Source of the DNA: Malacoraja senta
Lineage: Eukaryota
Assembly: GCA_038087875.1 (NCBI GenBank)
Contig: JAXLNO010004436.1
Span: 186,001 to 250,000 of the forward strand
DNA length: 64,000 bases
Reading direction: 5' to 3'
Shown here: positions 60,977 to 64,000 of the stretch, one piece after another
Layout: every line of letters starts with the position of its first letter
Position numbering within the stretch: the stretch's first letter is position 1
Position numbers and translations under genes: made by a program
Notes under the pieces: model-generated
What the model was told of the DNA's origin: nothing
Seen by the model: only the letters and a program-made list of their open reading frames with translations
Database searches by the model: none

Positions 60977-61474
60977 GGGGTTAGGTTAGGTAAGGGGGAG
61001 GTGTAGCGAGACCTGGGCGTCCTTGTACACCGGTCACTGGAAGTTGGCGTGCAGGTACAGCAGGCAGTGAAGAAAGCTAATGGTATGTTGGCCTTCATAA
61101 CAAGAGGATTTCAGTATAGGAGTAAAGAGATTCTTCTGCAGTTGTATAGGGCTCTGGTCAGACCACATCTGGAGTATTGTGTACAGTTTTGGTCTCCTAA
61201 TTTGAGGAAGGACATCCTTGTGATTGAGGCAGTGCAGCATAGGTTCATGAGATTGATCCCTGGGAAGGCGGGGCTGTCATATGAGGAAAGATTGAAAAGA
61301 CTAGGCTTGTATTCACTGGAGTTTAGAATGATGAGGGGGGATCTTATAGAAACATATAAAATTATAATAGGACTGGACAAGCTAGATGCAGGAAAAATGT
61401 TCCCAATGTTGGGCGAGTCCAGAACCAGGGGCCACAGTCTTAGAAAATAGGGGAGGTCATTTAAGACTGAGGTG

Positions 61475-64000
61475 AGGACTTCCGGTGGCGCCATGGAGCA
61501 CTGAACAGGGAGAACTGAGCAGCTTTTAGCTCCGCTCTCGAAAAATGCGATAATTCGCATAAAAAGCCGGTTTGGAAGACGGGACCGATTTAGAAATACT
61601 TACCGGAGCTGCCTGACGTCATCAGAAATTGTGGCGAAAATAACGGTGGTTTAAGGTACTTTTAAATGAGAAAATTGATTCCTCCCCAAAGTCCACACAG
61701 ACCCATTACAAGACTGCCTTTGAAAGAACAGAAAGCATCTGAAGAAGCATCTGAAGAATTAGCCTCTGAAATGGCTACAAAGTCCTCAAAGGCTGAAATG
61801 GTTACAAAGGAGAAAGAGCTGGAAGAAATAAAGCAGTCGGTAAGAGAGTCGTTAAAGAAAGATTATGCTGTTATATTACGTGGTGAGATTGCTGCAGGGA
61901 ATGATAGTATGAAGGAGAACGTTAATCGTGGGTATCAGAAAATTATTGACTCAATAAATATTTAAAGTAAACAAATTGCTGATGTTGAAGAGGATTTAAT
62001 TGTGAGAATTGATCGGGTGGAAAAAGATTGTGAGGAGAAGTTTGACTATTCGCCAAACTACCACAGCATATAAGACTGCTATGAAAGATATGGAAACATC
62101 ATTGAAAGAAATGCCTGAAGATATGCAGAGAATGAAGAAAGATCAGGAGCGAGTCTCGGGGCAACTGGCTAAAATGACTGATAAATGCCTTGATTTGGAA
62201 GCACGTTCAAGACGGCAGAATTTAGCAATAGTTGGAGTGACATAAGGAAAGGAGGGGAAGGATACTTGCGAGTTCGCTGACAACTTACAAGTATTCAATC
62301 TGCCTGTCAAACCGAAAATAGATGTGGCACATCGGGTGCGAAGAGCTCAAAGGGAAGGTGCCTCCCCCCCCCCCCCATCGGCTTTGGAAGATATCATGAA
62401 AAAAATCCTATACGGAAAGAATATGATGTTTGGGGAGGATATTCTCAGATTTTTCAGAGACTATGCAATTGAAATCGCTAAAAAACGAGAATTGTTTTCA
62501 AAGACAAGACAAATTTTGAAAGGAATTCAAAATGTAAGATATGGTATAATGTATCCTGCAAAATTGAGATTTACGTATAAGGATAAGGAACGTGCGTTCA
62601 CTGATCCAGAAGCAGCATACATACATGCTCAAGACATCGTAATAGAGATAAACGGCTAAGTCAATCATCACAACTGCCAGGACACATTTTTTAATTCTAC
62701 AGATATCGGCAGAGGGAAAGCTGAGAAACATGACTTTTTAAAAGATTAAGATGGTGGAGCTTCTCCACGAGGCATTGTCTAGACATCTTATCTTCTTTGG
62801 AATGCTAATTCAAGGACACTCTTTGTTCCACCTCGAATGAAACACTGAAAAACAAGGGTGTGGCTGAATGGAGAACTTAATACAAACGGACTAGTAAATA
62901 AACTCTATGAATTAAAGTATTTTATAATTTTAACTTTAATCCTACACTAACACAGAAACTACTGAATTAATACAGCAATAGCAATTGAATTTAATGAGAA
63001 TTGTTATAATGGTTTATAATGGTTTATAATGATTCTCCCCCGGGGAGGGGAAAGGGGGAGTTATTTTAATGGTTAATGAATGTCCAGATTTAGGACAATG
63101 AGCGAAATATAATGAAATAGATTATTAACATACTAAAAAAACTAACCTATATAATATATTAGGCACCAGTTATGCTTGGATGGAGGGGAGAAGATTCAGA
63201 CACTTGGCAAACAGCCAGGAGTCTGATTCTGTTTAACCCCTTCCAACCAGCAGCTTATTATTACAAGAGACCGGGATTGGAATGGGAAGTAAATGTAAAA
63301 ACTGTTAGTATATAGCAAATGATAGATAATCTGAAGACTTAATTAGATAAGACTTAATTAGATATATAAATTGTAATTTTGCAATATATATAATTTGGTT
63401 TTGAAATCTCCCCTCCCTTTTGCAAAGTTTGTCAAGGGAGCGGAGCTAAATGTATATTAACAACAACGGAAGTCAATAATTATGTAACTACCACCATTAG
63501 GTGGCTATTTTTTTACAGTGTCGTTATTTTTAGACACTAATATCACTTTTTTTTTTGTCACACTATTTCACACTTTTTTGTCTTTTTGCTTAAGGACAAT
63601 TTCAAAAGGGATGTACCAACAGAACCTAATAGCCGCGAATGCCAACCCAACACCCAGAGTCCTGAGGTATTTTGTTGCACCATATGACTTAAAGGTATCA
63701 AAGTAATTTAAAATGCAAGACGATAAACAAAAGAAAATTGGAGGAATCACATTTTGCAGTTGGAACATGAGGGGTGCTAATGAACAAATTAAAAGGGGTA
63801 AGATTTTTGCACAATTGAAATCATTTAACGCAGACCTAATTTTTTTACAAGAAACACACCTGAAAATGCAAGCCCAGACTAGATTGAAGGCAAATTGGAT
63901 AGGTCAAACATATATCTCTAAATCTAGAGGTACGGCAATTATTATTCGTAAAGGTATACCATTTAAATCAAAGAATATCATAACAGATAAAGAGGGGAGA
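61475..64000 (+). mobile_element. L1/Tx1-clade LINE 5' portion: ORF1 (broken) and start of ORF2, running off the window
   Basis: Starts gacttccggtggcgcc. ORF1 remnants include ARSRRQNLAIVGV, AHR and YGIMYPAKLRFT. ORF2 starts at ATG 63713 (MQDDKQKKIGGITFCSWNMRG...LQETH). Confidence 0.9.

Larger units (their letters stand above)
54390..61474 (+). mobile_element. CR1 copy split by L1/Tx1 insertions
   Basis: Collinear RT pieces at 54390-54771, 59779-60544 and 60977-61474 closely match the 1674-3846 copy. Confidence 0.9.

Noticed and set aside
60532-60989. ggttaggttagg as an interstitial telomeric repeat
   Set aside because: It is part of the CR1 coding sequence (also at about 3135-3150) duplicated as a TSD, not a (TTAGGG)n array.

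Overview
Repeat-rich vertebrate genomic DNA, most likely from a cartilaginous fish (skate/ray-like). This is inferred from abundant HER1/CR1-like LINEs with (CTATGTTT)n tails and HE1/V-SINE-like SINEs. Host exons all lie on the + strand, scattered through a nested transposon landscape. They are an MHC class I alpha1 exon (8009-8269), an alpha2 exon (26416-26691), a candidate 53-nt linker exon (31209-31261), a transmembrane exon (32177-32308) and two NXPE3-like exons (38972-39759, 52476-52549). I found no alpha3 (Ig C1) exon by eye. The splice phases allow one uninterrupted reading frame alpha1-alpha2-linker-TM-NXPE, which suggests a chimeric MHC-I/NXPE gene. The alternative is an alpha3-less class I gene directly upstream of an independently promoted NXPE3-like gene. 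The introns hold a full-length CR1 with two open ORFs, many CR1 fragments, four L1/Tx1-clade insertions, a decayed DIRS element with intact terminal architecture, a Buster-type hAT, two Harbinger-like MITEs, and Penelope GIY-YIG remnants. Many Penelope-derived short repeats carry hammerhead-ribozyme-like cores. Repeat boundaries are approximate unless a TSD or TIR is quoted. All assignments are by eye; no database search was run.
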